From positions 57,473-121,472 of the forward strand of contig JBHLPH010000004.1 of the NCBI GenBank assembly GCA_048939625.1: a stretch of 64,000 nucleotides of DNA, read 5' to 3'. A model generated the notes under the pieces. It did not search any database, was not told where the DNA came from, and worked only from the letters and a program-made list of their open reading frames with translations. Made by a program: the position numbers and the translations under genes. Of this stretch, positions 29,611-38,352 are shown one piece after another. The first letter of the stretch is position 1. Each line of letters begins with the position of its first letter. Source of the DNA: Promethearchaeota archaeon. Lineage in GTDB: Archaea > Asgardarchaeota > Hermodarchaeia > Hermodarchaeales > Hermodarchaeaceae.

Positions 29611-30582
29611 ATGGACGCCGTGGACAAGAACATCATTTTCGAGCTATCGACAAACTATCGTGCTTCATATCAGGCTATTGCTAAGAAAATGGATCTTTCA
29701 GTGAATGCTGTTAAGAAGCGAATTGAGAAACTCAAAGAAAGTGGAGTAATTCGGGGTGGGTTATTACTTCCTATGAGGGCAATGTTGGAGATGGATGATT
29801 GGGTTGCCTTATTACGCACTGAAGATCCAATTCCTTCTGATCAGTTTCTTGATGTTATTGGGGCACATCGGTTAGTGGGATCTGCGAGTATTCTTACGGA
29901 TGGTAGTATTTTGTGTTTTGGGTGGTACCCTGGCTCTTCAGGGCTTGAGGAAATTGGTACATTCTTGCGTTCAACTCCTGGTGTTGAGTCGGTGGAATTT
30001 CATACGATTCTTGCGGATCCTGGGAAGCGCTGCGAGTTGTCTGTATCTGACGTGAAGGTGCTTCGATGTTTGCATAAAGAGCCACGGATGTCAATTAGTG
30101 ATATTTCTAATGAAACGCGCCTTACGCCCCGCCGTATTCGGAAAATCATTGATGCGTTAATTGGTGAAAATGGTTCAGAGTCCAATATCTATTTGAATCA
30201 CCCGTCCAGAGGGGGGAAGCGACCAGAAGAGGTATGCTTTCAACTAAGTTTGCGTTGGAATTTGAATGCTGGGGGACATACCGCATTTGTAATTATAATT
30301 CGCCATGAAGAGGGGGCCCAACCCCGTTCAAAGATTGTGGATATTCTCAAGGAGAACTTTCCGGTGAAATTTTGGTATGCGTATGCATCAGCCTTTGAGC
30401 CGGTGATTTTTTCTGTGTTCGTGGTTGAGCATATGCGCGAAGCCAGTGAAATCATTGAGACAATTCGTAAGACGCCTGAAGCGATTTCAGCGAATGCAAT
30501 CTATGGATATCCTTCACGAATATTTCACAGTCCCATAGATGATTACTTCGAAAAGCTCTTCAAACGACTAGAAAGAGACTAA
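29611..30582 (+). CDS. Tandem Lrp/AsnC-type regulator, paralog 3
   Basis: Close paralog of 28410-29378. Confidence 0.87.
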   Translation: MDAVDKNIIFELSTNYRASYQAIAKKMDLSVNAVKKRIEKLKESGVIRGGLLLPMRAMLEMDDWVALLRTEDPIPSDQFLDVIGAHRLVGSASILTDGSILCFGWYPGSSGLEEIGTFLRSTPGVESVEFHTILADPGKRCELSVSDVKVLRCLHKEPRMSISDISNETRLTPRRIRKIIDALIGENGSESNIYLNHPSRGGKRPEEVCFQLSLRWNLNAGGHTAFVIIIRHEEGAQPRSKIVDILKENFPVKFWYAYASAFEPVIFSVFVVEHMREASEIIETIRKTPEAISANAIYGYPSRIFHSPIDDYFEKLFKRLERD

Positions 30583-30616
30583 AGCAGTGAAAGTTTTGAC
30601 ATAAGGAAAAGGTCTG

Positions 30617-31393
30617 TTAGAGGTCCCAATCATATTTTGTGAAGAAGAAAGGATAACAGTCATCAGGTTTGAGTTCTTCAAGAGTTTCAGCAGGTAATAA
30701 CCAGATATCAGTCTGAGAAGTGTAAGCAGCTGTTGTGACTTCGAGAACTGGGATTTCATGAATTGGATCATCGAGGGACTTGTTGAGTTTAAGCTCACCG
30801 GGTCCGATTTCAATTGGCCCGTAATTGATTTTGTTAAGTAAACGGAGTAGTCGAGGATGGTTATCGACGGAAATGCCATCTATACCGGGGAAAGCTTTGA
30901 GCAGAAACCAAGGAGTTGCACTAAAGGCTTCTGGGAAGGGAGTCTGCATGATTGCTTTAATTTCGATTATAGGGATACCATGGCGGGTACACACACCATG
31001 TACAGCATTTCCTTTGCGTGTGAGCGTGATTGAATCTGCGATTTTTTTGGGAAATCCATATAATTCACGTCCTGCGGCCATAGCGAGATCATTATCAACG
31101 GGCATGGCGAGGCAATAGCTTCCCTGTTCATTATTATATTGGACTTGCACGGAGAGTGCGGCTTCGTTGTAGGGAGCAATGAAGTTAGGTTCGAGAAATT
31201 CCGCGACATATGCTGTTCCTAGCGCTTCGGGGGAGGGTTCCAGTGGAGGGGGAATTATGCGTTTAATGACTTGGAGGTCAGTTTTGAAAATTACCATTAA
31301 CATGTTGACCTTACCGAGGAGGAAGCCCTGTGCAAATTTCTTGCTTCGCTTTTTGAGGTCGTCTCGGGAGTGGACTAAACTCATTATAGACAC
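30617..31393 (-). CDS. Acetoacetate decarboxylase (ADC) family protein
   Basis: IPPPLEP, PYNEAAL, AAGRELYGFPKK with the Schiff-base Lys. Confidence 0.88.
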   Translation of the reverse strand: MSIMSLVHSRDDLKKRSKKFAQGFLLGKVNMLMVIFKTDLQVIKRIIPPPLEPSPEALGTAYVAEFLEPNFIAPYNEAALSVQVQYNNEQGSYCLAMPVDNDLAMAAGRELYGFPKKIADSITLTRKGNAVHGVCTRHGIPIIEIKAIMQTPFPEAFSATPWFLLKAFPGIDGISVDNHPRLLRLLNKINYGPIEIGPGELKLNKSLDDPIHEIPVLEVTTAAYTSQTDIWLLPAETLEELKPDDCYPFFFTKYDWDL

Positions 31394-31404
31394 CGGTTTG
31401 TATT

Positions 31405-32169
31405 CTAAGCTGGCTTTGTATTAAAGCGCTTAGTGTGTCGGTGTCGAAAAACAAAAGTAATTCCGAAAAGGATGACTAGCAATAAAACTCCAAGTCCTAG
31501 CCAAAACAGTGTTGTGTAGTTTTGTTCTTCGAGAGAAAGAATTCCTAAGGTATGGAAGTTGCTGGCTGTTAGTTCACGTGTGACGCGATATGTGTAGATT
31601 GCGTGTTGAGAGGCGAGGAGCTCGTAGGTATACTTGAGAAGAATTCCCTCCGTGTAGTGGAAGTACCAGTTTTCGCTACATTGTTGAAAATCGTCATCAA
31701 TCGAAAACCATGCAACTGATTGGACTCGCCAACAGAGAAAGGTTCCGAATTCAAGAGAGATGTAGCTTGATGTGAGAGGGTAATTCCCTGTATACGGGGA
31801 GAAAGCCACAGAATGCCCATGGTGCCATCTGGAAGTATTGACCCAAAGTGGAGGTTGGAGAGGTCTTTCAAGCAAAGTTCCATTTAATAATATGATTCGC
31901 CATGTTGAACTATTGAGGAACATTTCCCCCTGCAATATATCCTCGTTAGTGGACGAGATATTGATGAGGAAAAGCGAGTTACGTTGCACTGATGTTGCCG
32001 ATTGGATTGTGAACTGTTCATCCCATTCACCCTGCAGGTCATCAGTTACATGGTAGTTGAGAAAAAGCCCAGTGGGTAAAGATGCAAGCCTAGTCGGGAT
32101 AGAAATTAAGAATGACAGTAATATGACGAATAACACAAACCGAATTCGTTTCTTTCTTAAAATCCTCAT
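31405..32169 (-). CDS. Secreted, C-terminally membrane-anchored hypothetical protein
   Basis: MRILRKKR + hydrophobic signal; C-terminal TM + basic tail (ORF track starts at 32205). Confidence 0.75.
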   Translation of the reverse strand: MRILRKKRIRFVLFVILLSFLISIPTRLASLPTGLFLNYHVTDDLQGEWDEQFTIQSATSVQRNSLFLINISSTNEDILQGEMFLNSSTWRIILLNGTLLERPLQPPLWVNTSRWHHGHSVAFSPYTGNYPLTSSYISLEFGTFLCWRVQSVAWFSIDDDFQQCSENWYFHYTEGILLKYTYELLASQHAIYTYRVTRELTASNFHTLGILSLEEQNYTTLFWLGLGVLLLVILFGITFVFRHRHTKRFNTKPA

Positions 32170-32185
32170 CGTGAACCCTTCAGTG

Positions 32186-33163
32186 TCAAAGATTGGCATG
32201 GGCAATCATTTCATCAATCATTGATTCGCGTAATCCAACATATTTTCGGAGAGGAAAGCTGACCCAAATCTCAACCTTCGAGATATTAGGTGCTTTTCGT
32301 ATCACGGGAAGGATTTTTTCGGATTCACGAATGTGGTTTACAATGAAGACACAATAGATAATCGGTTCAGTGGCAGCAACAAAGGAAAACCAGAATTCGA
32401 AGGGGAAGTGGCTTTTGAAGTATTGGACAACTCCTTCAGGAGATCCTTTGCCTTCTTCCCAGTTAGTTCGAACAACAAACGCATTACCGCCTCCTGCATT
32501 AAGGTCCCAGTAGATGCGAAAATGTAAGGCAGCTTTGGATTGGCTAATTTCCGGTTTGTATTCTTTATCAACAAGAGTTTCGATGGGAGTTCCAACCTTG
32601 CCATGAAAGTCTTGGATGACGCTGCGAATGCGTCGAGGTGTTAAACCAGTTTGCTCTGAAATTTGTGAGATAGGCATCCGTGCATCCTCTCGTAGAGATC
32701 GGAGGACTTTCAAATGTCCGTCTGTCATAGGAATTTTTTGACCACGATCTGCAATGAGAGTGTGAATTTCAACGTTCGCGACGCCTGGCAGTTGGCGAAG
32801 AAATCCACCGAGTTCAGATAGACCTTGTGCTCCGATATATTCTGCGAAGACGAGGATGGATCCATCAGAAAGATAACCAGCACTGAAAACGGATGGATGT
32901 GCACCTATGCGGTCTAGAAATTCTGGACTGAAATGGGTGTCGCTAAGAGTGATTCGGGCAAGGAACCATTCAGCGTCCATCATGGCTAGACTGAGATACA
33001 CATAATATCGTTGGATAACTCCTTCTTCTTCCAGTTTCAATATTCTTTTCTTCACAGCGTTCACTGTAAGGTCTAGCCGAGTTGCGATTGTTTGATAAGT
33101 GACTCGACAGTTGGTTGCGAGTTCGAGAAGAATGCTTTTGTCTACAATATCCAATGGAGGCAC
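32186..33163 (-). CDS. Tandem Lrp/AsnC-type regulator, paralog 4 (more diverged)
   Basis: LDIVDKSILLEL..NCRVTYQ, LSDGSIL, WDLNAGG, FWFSFVAATEP. Confidence 0.85.
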   Translation of the reverse strand: MPPLDIVDKSILLELATNCRVTYQTIATRLDLTVNAVKKRILKLEEEGVIQRYYVYLSLAMMDAEWFLARITLSDTHFSPEFLDRIGAHPSVFSAGYLSDGSILVFAEYIGAQGLSELGGFLRQLPGVANVEIHTLIADRGQKIPMTDGHLKVLRSLREDARMPISQISEQTGLTPRRIRSVIQDFHGKVGTPIETLVDKEYKPEISQSKAALHFRIYWDLNAGGGNAFVVRTNWEEGKGSPEGVVQYFKSHFPFEFWFSFVAATEPIIYCVFIVNHIRESEKILPVIRKAPNISKVEIWVSFPLRKYVGLRESMIDEMIAHANL

Positions 33164-33324
33164 CTTATCTTGGGGGTTGACCTGAATTGGCTGTTCTCGG
33201 ATATATTTACGAGGAATGGCGAAGCTAGTCTTTGGATTCTCCGTTGTCAGGAATTCAGCGAGATATAATTCGTAAGCACTCCGGTTTAATCCTTTTGAAA
33301 TGTAGCATGCCTTTTGAATGCCCT

Positions 33325-33528
33325 AATAAAAAATAAATAAAAAAGCCGGGTCTTCAGGGTATCCTTCCCCTCCATTTCGGCACTTCCCGGTCCGTGCGCA
33401 TGGGTGGCAATGGACCATTTTGGACAACGGATTCGGAGTTTTCGTCCGGTTACCGAGAAGACCCGGCTAAGGTCAGCGTCCAAGGTCCGTGTCACTGGTG
33501 TGTCAGTGTCGATCCCTAGTAATCATGA
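33325..33528 (-). other. Structured 3' RNA and U-rich terminator of peptide unit U2
   Basis: Perfect 12-bp inverted repeat AGCCGGGTCTTC (33344-33355)/GAAGACCCGGCT (33457-33468) enclosing ~100 nt; A-rich tract 33325-33344. Confidence 0.7.
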
Positions 33529-33651
33529 TTAGCGTCGTGAAGTTACGACAGCAAAGGTGATTCGGTCTCGTGGAGTGCCTTTGGGGTTTTTCGCACCGGT
33601 AACAGCGCGTTCTGCAAGGGCCATTTTGGCAATTTTCTTTTTCGGAGCCAT
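33529..33651 (-). CDS. Basic peptide U2 (40 aa), novel family
   Basis: MAPKKKIAKMALAERAVTGAKNPKGTPRDRITFAVVTSRR; GGTGA SD; not in ORF track. Confidence 0.82.
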   Translation of the reverse strand: MAPKKKIAKMALAERAVTGAKNPKGTPRDRITFAVVTSRR

Positions 33652-33700
33652 TTTTGTTCACCGTCCCGCCGATGCGAGACAATGATACCTAACCCGAAAA

Positions 33701-33788
33701 TTGCATATTATTCGATGGGAGCTTGTCAGTGCAAAAATCCGACAAAAAGAGAGAGAGTGTGCCAACTTTTGCACTAAGTGGTGCAAAA
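33701..33788 (-). promoter_or_regulatory. Shared promoter/operator, copy 2
   Basis: TCGATGGGAGC 33712, AGTGCAAAA 33728, perfect TTTTGCAC-N6-GTGCAAAA 33767-33788. Confidence 0.8.
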
Positions 33789-33825
33789 ATCAGGAACGCA
33801 CCCTGAAAAGGACTTGGGTGGGAGT

Positions 33826-34009
33826 AAACCGGGCCTACGAAAGCTCCCGACCACAAGAACCACGAAATTAGATCACCCGTTGCTGAATCGCTACTGCGCC
33901 GATTCCCCAGCAACAGGAAGAGGAACAAGTGGCGGTTGTGTAGGCCCGATTGACGTGGCTGCAAGGGGTTTTTGGTGATCGTTTCTTCACCATAGGGATT
34001 CCTCACAGC
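33826..34009 (-). other. Structured 3' RNA of peptide unit U3
   Basis: CGGGCCTAC (33830-33838)/GTAGGCCCG (33940-33948) closing stem; inner GTTGCTG/CAGCAAC and GAATCG/CGATTC; second stem 33957-33966/34001-34010. Confidence 0.7.
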
Positions 34010-34150
34010 CTAGCGTCGGCTAAGGACCAGCATGACTGCATATCGAGTCCGAGGTTTTGCTACCGGATGGGGGTTACGGCAGCCGGCTACGGCACGTTCA
34101 GTCGCCGACATATCTGCTAGTTTCTTATGTTTATGTTCGGATTTGGCCAT
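34010..34150 (-). CDS. Basic peptide U3 (46 aa), novel family
   Basis: MAKSEHKHKKLADMSATERAVAGCRNPHPVAKPRTRYAVMLVLSRR; GGAGGG SD; not in ORF track. Confidence 0.82.
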   Translation of the reverse strand: MAKSEHKHKKLADMSATERAVAGCRNPHPVAKPRTRYAVMLVLSRR

Positions 34151-34222
34151 CTCAAATCCCTCCAATTGTGTGTCACCAGGATCCCTGTTGGGAATCCCAG
34201 AGCAAATACGAATCGGCGTCCG

Positions 34223-34310
34223 TTTGATAAGAATCGATGGGAGCAGCCGAGTTCAAAATCCCGCAATTTCCACTTTTGGATTCAGAAATCTTGAACTTCG
34301 CAATGCAAAA
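34223..34310 (-). promoter_or_regulatory. Shared promoter/operator, copy 3
   Basis: TCGATGGGAGC 34234, AGTTCAAAA 34250, TCTTGAAC-N6-ATGCAAAA 34289-34310. Confidence 0.75.
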
Positions 34311-34522
34311 CCGAGTAAGAGGATTTGCCTTTTTGCGAATTGTTGAACTCTCAAGTGTAAAATTCCGTTCTTCGAGGGATTTTTGATGTGTTAGACCCGA
34401 GAGCATTTTAGCCAAGGAGATGTATTTCTAACAGTGAAACGTCGTTAATATAGTAGTGAATGGAAAGCCCTTTTCTAACGAATTGGTTTGTCTGGGAAAA
34501 GAGAGTTGGAGTTGATGGCTGT

Positions 34523-34960
34523 ATGAATCCGTTACATGTGTTTCCTTTCAAGTATATGCAGATTATTGTCGCTTTGCTAGCTGAGGGTGAGGTAGACCTT
34601 TCGGAGATTCGGTCCTCCACTGGCATGTGTAGCTTTGATTCCACAGAAGTATCGGATATGCTAGCGTACTTGACAGGATTTGGTCGAGTTGAAGCCCAAG
34701 ATGATGGTTGGGTTATACATAAAACGGAAACAAAAGCGGTCTATGAGCGATTTCGCAAGGCATTCCTCGATGATGCTGTGGCGATCCTCACGAATTTATC
34801 AACCAAGGCCAAACCGATTGAACAGTTACAACAGAAAACTGGTCTTAGTGCAGAGAAAATAAATCTGTATTTGCCGTTCCTTGCAGACATCACTCGATTG
34901 GGTGTTATTGGACGGTGTTCAACCGAGCACCCAACCATTTGGTGTGTCCAGTCAGAGTAG
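34523..34960 (+). CDS. Hypothetical protein, probably tandem winged-helix
   Basis: Two helix-turn-helix-like repeats (LSEIRSSTG..., IEQLQQKTGLS...), each ending G.V/I...W; ORF track starts at 34460. Confidence 0.6.
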   Translation: MNPLHVFPFKYMQIIVALLAEGEVDLSEIRSSTGMCSFDSTEVSDMLAYLTGFGRVEAQDDGWVIHKTETKAVYERFRKAFLDDAVAILTNLSTKAKPIEQLQQKTGLSAEKINLYLPFLADITRLGVIGRCSTEHPTIWCVQSE

Positions 34961-35674
34961 TTGATTGAGTTGGGGTAGAAGTTCACCAGCTTTACCAGCG
35001 AGATGCACATCAACGAGAGGAGTCAAAGGTGTATCTTCGACGTTTATCTCCAAAATTTTTCCATTGTGCCGTTTGACGATAAGAGGAAAGGAGGCAGCAG
35101 GTTGAATCAGAGCAGAAGTACCAATGACGAAAATCGTGTCTGCTTTGTTCAATTCAACGATTACCTGATCCATGACTCTTTGTGGAAGTGATTCGCCAAA
35201 CCAGACAACATTGGGACGAAGATTAGCTGAACAATCGGGACAGGTAGGAACACCAGAGGCGGGTGTTGTGAGGCGGGACTGGTAGGAGCATTGTGTACAT
35301 TTGACAGCCCATAGGTTTCCATGGACTTCGAGGACGTTTGTTGAACCAGCGTGGCGATGGAGCCCGTCGACATTTTGTGTAATCAAAGCTTTGAGTAAGC
35401 CCGTTTTTTCCCAGGCCGCTAGCGTTTCATGGGCAGGGTTAGGTGTGCACTGAGCGATAAGGTTCTGACGCCAACTATACCAATCCCAGACGAGTTGAGG
35501 ATTCTGTTTGAAAGCGTTTGACGTGGCAAGCTCCATAGCATTATATTGTTTCCAGAGCCCATCTTTTCCGCGGAAGGTGGGAACGTTCGATTCTTTGGAG
35601 ATCCCAGCCCCTGTGAGAGCCACCATGTAGTGTGTGCTTCTAATGATGTCTACAGCCTGATTAGTTGGGTTCAT
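34952..35674 (-). CDS. cobB: Sir2/CobB NAD-dependent deacylase
   Basis: TGAGISKES.VPTFRG, TQNVDGLH, HG..CxxC..CxxC, RPNVVWFGE, IGTS. Confidence 0.95.
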   Translation of the reverse strand: MNPTNQAVDIIRSTHYMVALTGAGISKESNVPTFRGKDGLWKQYNAMELATSNAFKQNPQLVWDWYSWRQNLIAQCTPNPAHETLAAWEKTGLLKALITQNVDGLHRHAGSTNVLEVHGNLWAVKCTQCSYQSRLTTPASGVPTCPDCSANLRPNVVWFGESLPQRVMDQVIVELNKADTIFVIGTSALIQPAASFPLIVKRHNGKILEINVEDTPLTPLVDVHLAGKAGELLPQLNQLL

Positions 35675-35804
35675 GGAAGGTTTTGCCCCGTTGAGTGATA
35701 ATTGAATAAAAACGTGCTATTTAGCTTATACGTCCTTGAATGGATGATAAGAGGACAGCTTTTATAGGAGAACGGCGGGAAGGCGGCAAGAGAGCTGATT
35801 CGCT

Positions 35805-36350
35805 ATGACTGAAGTTAGGTTACCATCTTGGCTTCGTTGGTTGAACTTCTTTATGGGTATCATTGCCTTCATTGTTGGTGTCTCAGTGATCTTCTATCCT
35901 GATGTGTGGGTCGCCTGGGGCATTGTCATCTTAGGAATGATCTATCTTTTGAAAGTGATCATTCGAATGTATGGTGGAGTCACTTATGCCCAGTTCCCGT
36001 TGTGGCAACAGGCATTAAGCATCATCATCGGACTCGCCCTGATCTTCCTTGGTCTTCCAGTAATTCTAGTTCCCGGATTTGGTGATGCCTGGCTAAGCAT
36101 CCTCATCTTAGCTGCCCTTCTATTGGTTGGCGTTGACCAAATCATGAATGGTCTATTTGTGAAGACGAATACTTCGACCCGTCGAATCATTCACATCATC
36201 TTCGGTTTCATCTTGATTATCCTGGGCATAGTAAACTTCCTGTACTTTGGCTTGGGAATCTGGATAACACTTTATATCATTGCCTTTGCTCTAGTAATCA
36301 TTGGACTCGATTCTCTGATCCAAGGACTCACTGGATACCGTTCCATATAA
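35805..36350 (+). CDS. HdeD/DUF308-like membrane protein
   Basis: Three repeats of paired TM helices (G..L/I..G...I..P). Confidence 0.75.
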   Translation: MTEVRLPSWLRWLNFFMGIIAFIVGVSVIFYPDVWVAWGIVILGMIYLLKVIIRMYGGVTYAQFPLWQQALSIIIGLALIFLGLPVILVPGFGDAWLSILILAALLLVGVDQIMNGLFVKTNTSTRRIIHIIFGFILIILGIVNFLYFGLGIWITLYIIAFALVIIGLDSLIQGLTGYRSI

Positions 36351-36466
36351 CAGCTAAAGATGCAAGAGATGCATGAAAATTCTCAGCCACGCCGATTGGA
36401 GTGGCTGAAGTTCTATCTTTCATTTAACCCTGAATTAGAGGTACGTGCGTAATTCGTCATTCGGAT

Positions 36467-36682
36467 ATGGAATACTCGCTATGGTTTTTCATCCTCATCA
36501 CTACAACCGTCATTATACATCTTTATCGGGCCGTTGAATTCTTTTTTCCGATTTTGACTAAGTTCCTCTTCAATGATGCATTATTTCTGATGAATAGTCT
36601 CAAATTAGAATTTACTCTTCTTGCCCTTTTTATTGGTCTCTATCTCTTCTTCCAATCAAAGATAAAGATCGATTCATTGTAG
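36467..36682 (+). CDS. Possible small membrane protein
   Basis: 71-aa hydrophobic ORF in an intergenic gap; no motif. Confidence 0.35.
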   Translation: MEYSLWFFILITTTVIIHLYRAVEFFFPILTKFLFNDALFLMNSLKLEFTLLALFIGLYLFFQSKIKIDSL

Positions 36683-38272
36683 ACGTCTACGGCGAATGTA
36701 GATGTACAGGAGTAATGCAGCCAAGATTAGGGATCCAAGGAGGAGGACCATAGGAGCTAGCCAGGGATTGAAGAGTGTTGGCGGGACGAGTGATATCGTT
36801 ACCGTGATGATATTACTCCAAGGCCCAAGTAGGTTTAAGTTATCACGTGCACGAACGCGAAAATAATAGGTCCCCAAAGGATGATTAGAGAGGAGTTGAC
36901 TTGTGGCGTTTACATTCCATGTTCGGTCAGGGATATCAAAGAGGGGGGTTATATCCATTTGGAGCTCATACCCATCGATTGTTGCATCTCCATCAAAGGC
37001 TTGGGTCCATGAAAGAATAAGAGTGCCATAGGGATTCAGGATTGTTGGAGGAAGCAATTCTACTGGTCCTGGACTCGTTTCCCCATCAAACCCGAACTTG
37101 ACGAGGAAACCAGTAGTTGTGTCATCAAGCCAACCACTGGTTGTTCCGGCGAAATAATGAGTGTTGACACCGGTGGTAAACCCGAAGGGTTGACAGGGAC
37201 CAGCACCACCCCATGATCGTTCCCAATTGAACTCACCTGTGGTATTGAAATTGAGAAGATTCGCCCGATATCCTGCTACAGGATCTTCATAATGAGCTCC
37301 AACAAACACTGTATCTTCTGTCGCAAAAATACCAAGCCCTTCATGATTTGATCCGGTATTTTTAATCGTCTCCCAAAGCAGAGTTTTGGTGCTGTTGTAT
37401 TTGAGTAGGAAAAGTGCACCTGTTGTTGTAGTGCTAAAAGACTGGGTAGAACCGGTCACATAGACACTTTCGTTACATACATTTACTGCGCGTGCAAGAT
37501 CCTTCTGTCCGCCACCCCATGTTGTATTCCATACTTGAATACCGGTGAATGAGTATTTTGCGAGGAAGGCATTATTGCTGAGTCCATCCCAAAGCCCACC
37601 ATAATCACCTACTAGATACACCCCATCTGTCCCCACTGCAATACCGAAACCCCGATCAACATTGGTTAAATCCCATGCTTCGGACCAGAGTTCTGTTCCG
37701 TCAAAATTAAATTTAGCGATGAGGGCATCAGCATCATCAGAACTTGATCGCTGCAGAATTCCAGCGACATAGACTCCATCCACACCAATTGCAACACTAG
37801 TAAACCATTCCGCAGGGAAATTTCCAAAGGAAACGTTCCAAATTTCGTTCCCCTCAAAATCGAGTTTGACGAGGAGTCCATTTATTCCATGAGTTCCATT
37901 TGTGGTTTTTCCAGCCAAATATAGGGCATCGTTTGAGGTTGCTAAGGCATAGGCAGCTTCATCAACTGGTGTATTCCAAGTTTGATTCCAAAGTTGTTCT
38001 CCTTCTGTCGAGTATTTTACTAGAAGAATATTTTCGTTGATGTCATCAACGAAAATTTGGCTAGTGCCAGCGACAAAGACTGCACCGGTTGTGAAAGCTG
38101 TCGCAGCAAAGCCATCATTTTGGGGGCGCATCCAAAGTACACCCCACGGATCACCAAGTGCTAATGTGTCTGCTTCTAAGAGGATTGGCTGCTGTGCTGA
38201 GAAGATTGTTGAAGCTAATAAACCAGTTAGAAGAAGTGAAAGGATAATGAACGCTTTTCGGTGGAGTTTCAT
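36674..38272 (-). CDS. Cell-surface beta-propeller (SBBP-like repeats) + FN3-like domain, C-terminal TM anchor
   Basis: Repeats VY.AG...LL.K....G...WN.TW; LSW...GYELQ...YYFRVRA.D...GPWS; TM + RRRR. Confidence 0.85.
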   Translation of the reverse strand: MKLHRKAFIILSLLLTGLLASTIFSAQQPILLEADTLALGDPWGVLWMRPQNDGFAATAFTTGAVFVAGTSQIFVDDINENILLVKYSTEGEQLWNQTWNTPVDEAAYALATSNDALYLAGKTTNGTHGINGLLVKLDFEGNEIWNVSFGNFPAEWFTSVAIGVDGVYVAGILQRSSSDDADALIAKFNFDGTELWSEAWDLTNVDRGFGIAVGTDGVYLVGDYGGLWDGLSNNAFLAKYSFTGIQVWNTTWGGGQKDLARAVNVCNESVYVTGSTQSFSTTTTGALFLLKYNSTKTLLWETIKNTGSNHEGLGIFATEDTVFVGAHYEDPVAGYRANLLNFNTTGEFNWERSWGGAGPCQPFGFTTGVNTHYFAGTTSGWLDDTTTGFLVKFGFDGETSPGPVELLPPTILNPYGTLILSWTQAFDGDATIDGYELQMDITPLFDIPDRTWNVNATSQLLSNHPLGTYYFRVRARDNLNLLGPWSNIITVTISLVPPTLFNPWLAPMVLLLGSLILAALLLYIYIRRRRLQ

Positions 38273-38352
38273 GGTTCATTGGACCTCTTTTGTCGATGTT
38301 TTATCCGGTGATTCAAGTATTTGAGGCTTCGTTTCAGGGCAGAGCATTGGGG

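Noticed and set aside
22096-33163. Tandem Lrp-fold proteins as siroheme decarboxylase (AhbAB/NirDL)
   Set aside because: No SHxYxR-type motif and no heme biosynthesis context
33286-34415. ORF-track ORFs here, and RNase P/SRP RNA as an explanation for the GC-rich structure
   Set aside because: The ORFs have no motifs and overlap the peptide units; the RNase P (GAGGAAAGUCC) and SRP helix-8 signatures were not found
36467-36682. Third member of the TM leader-peptide family (IIHLYRA)
   Set aside because: Similarity is weak; it lacks the GGAGGG/CCCTCC-T7 architecture and a downstream protease
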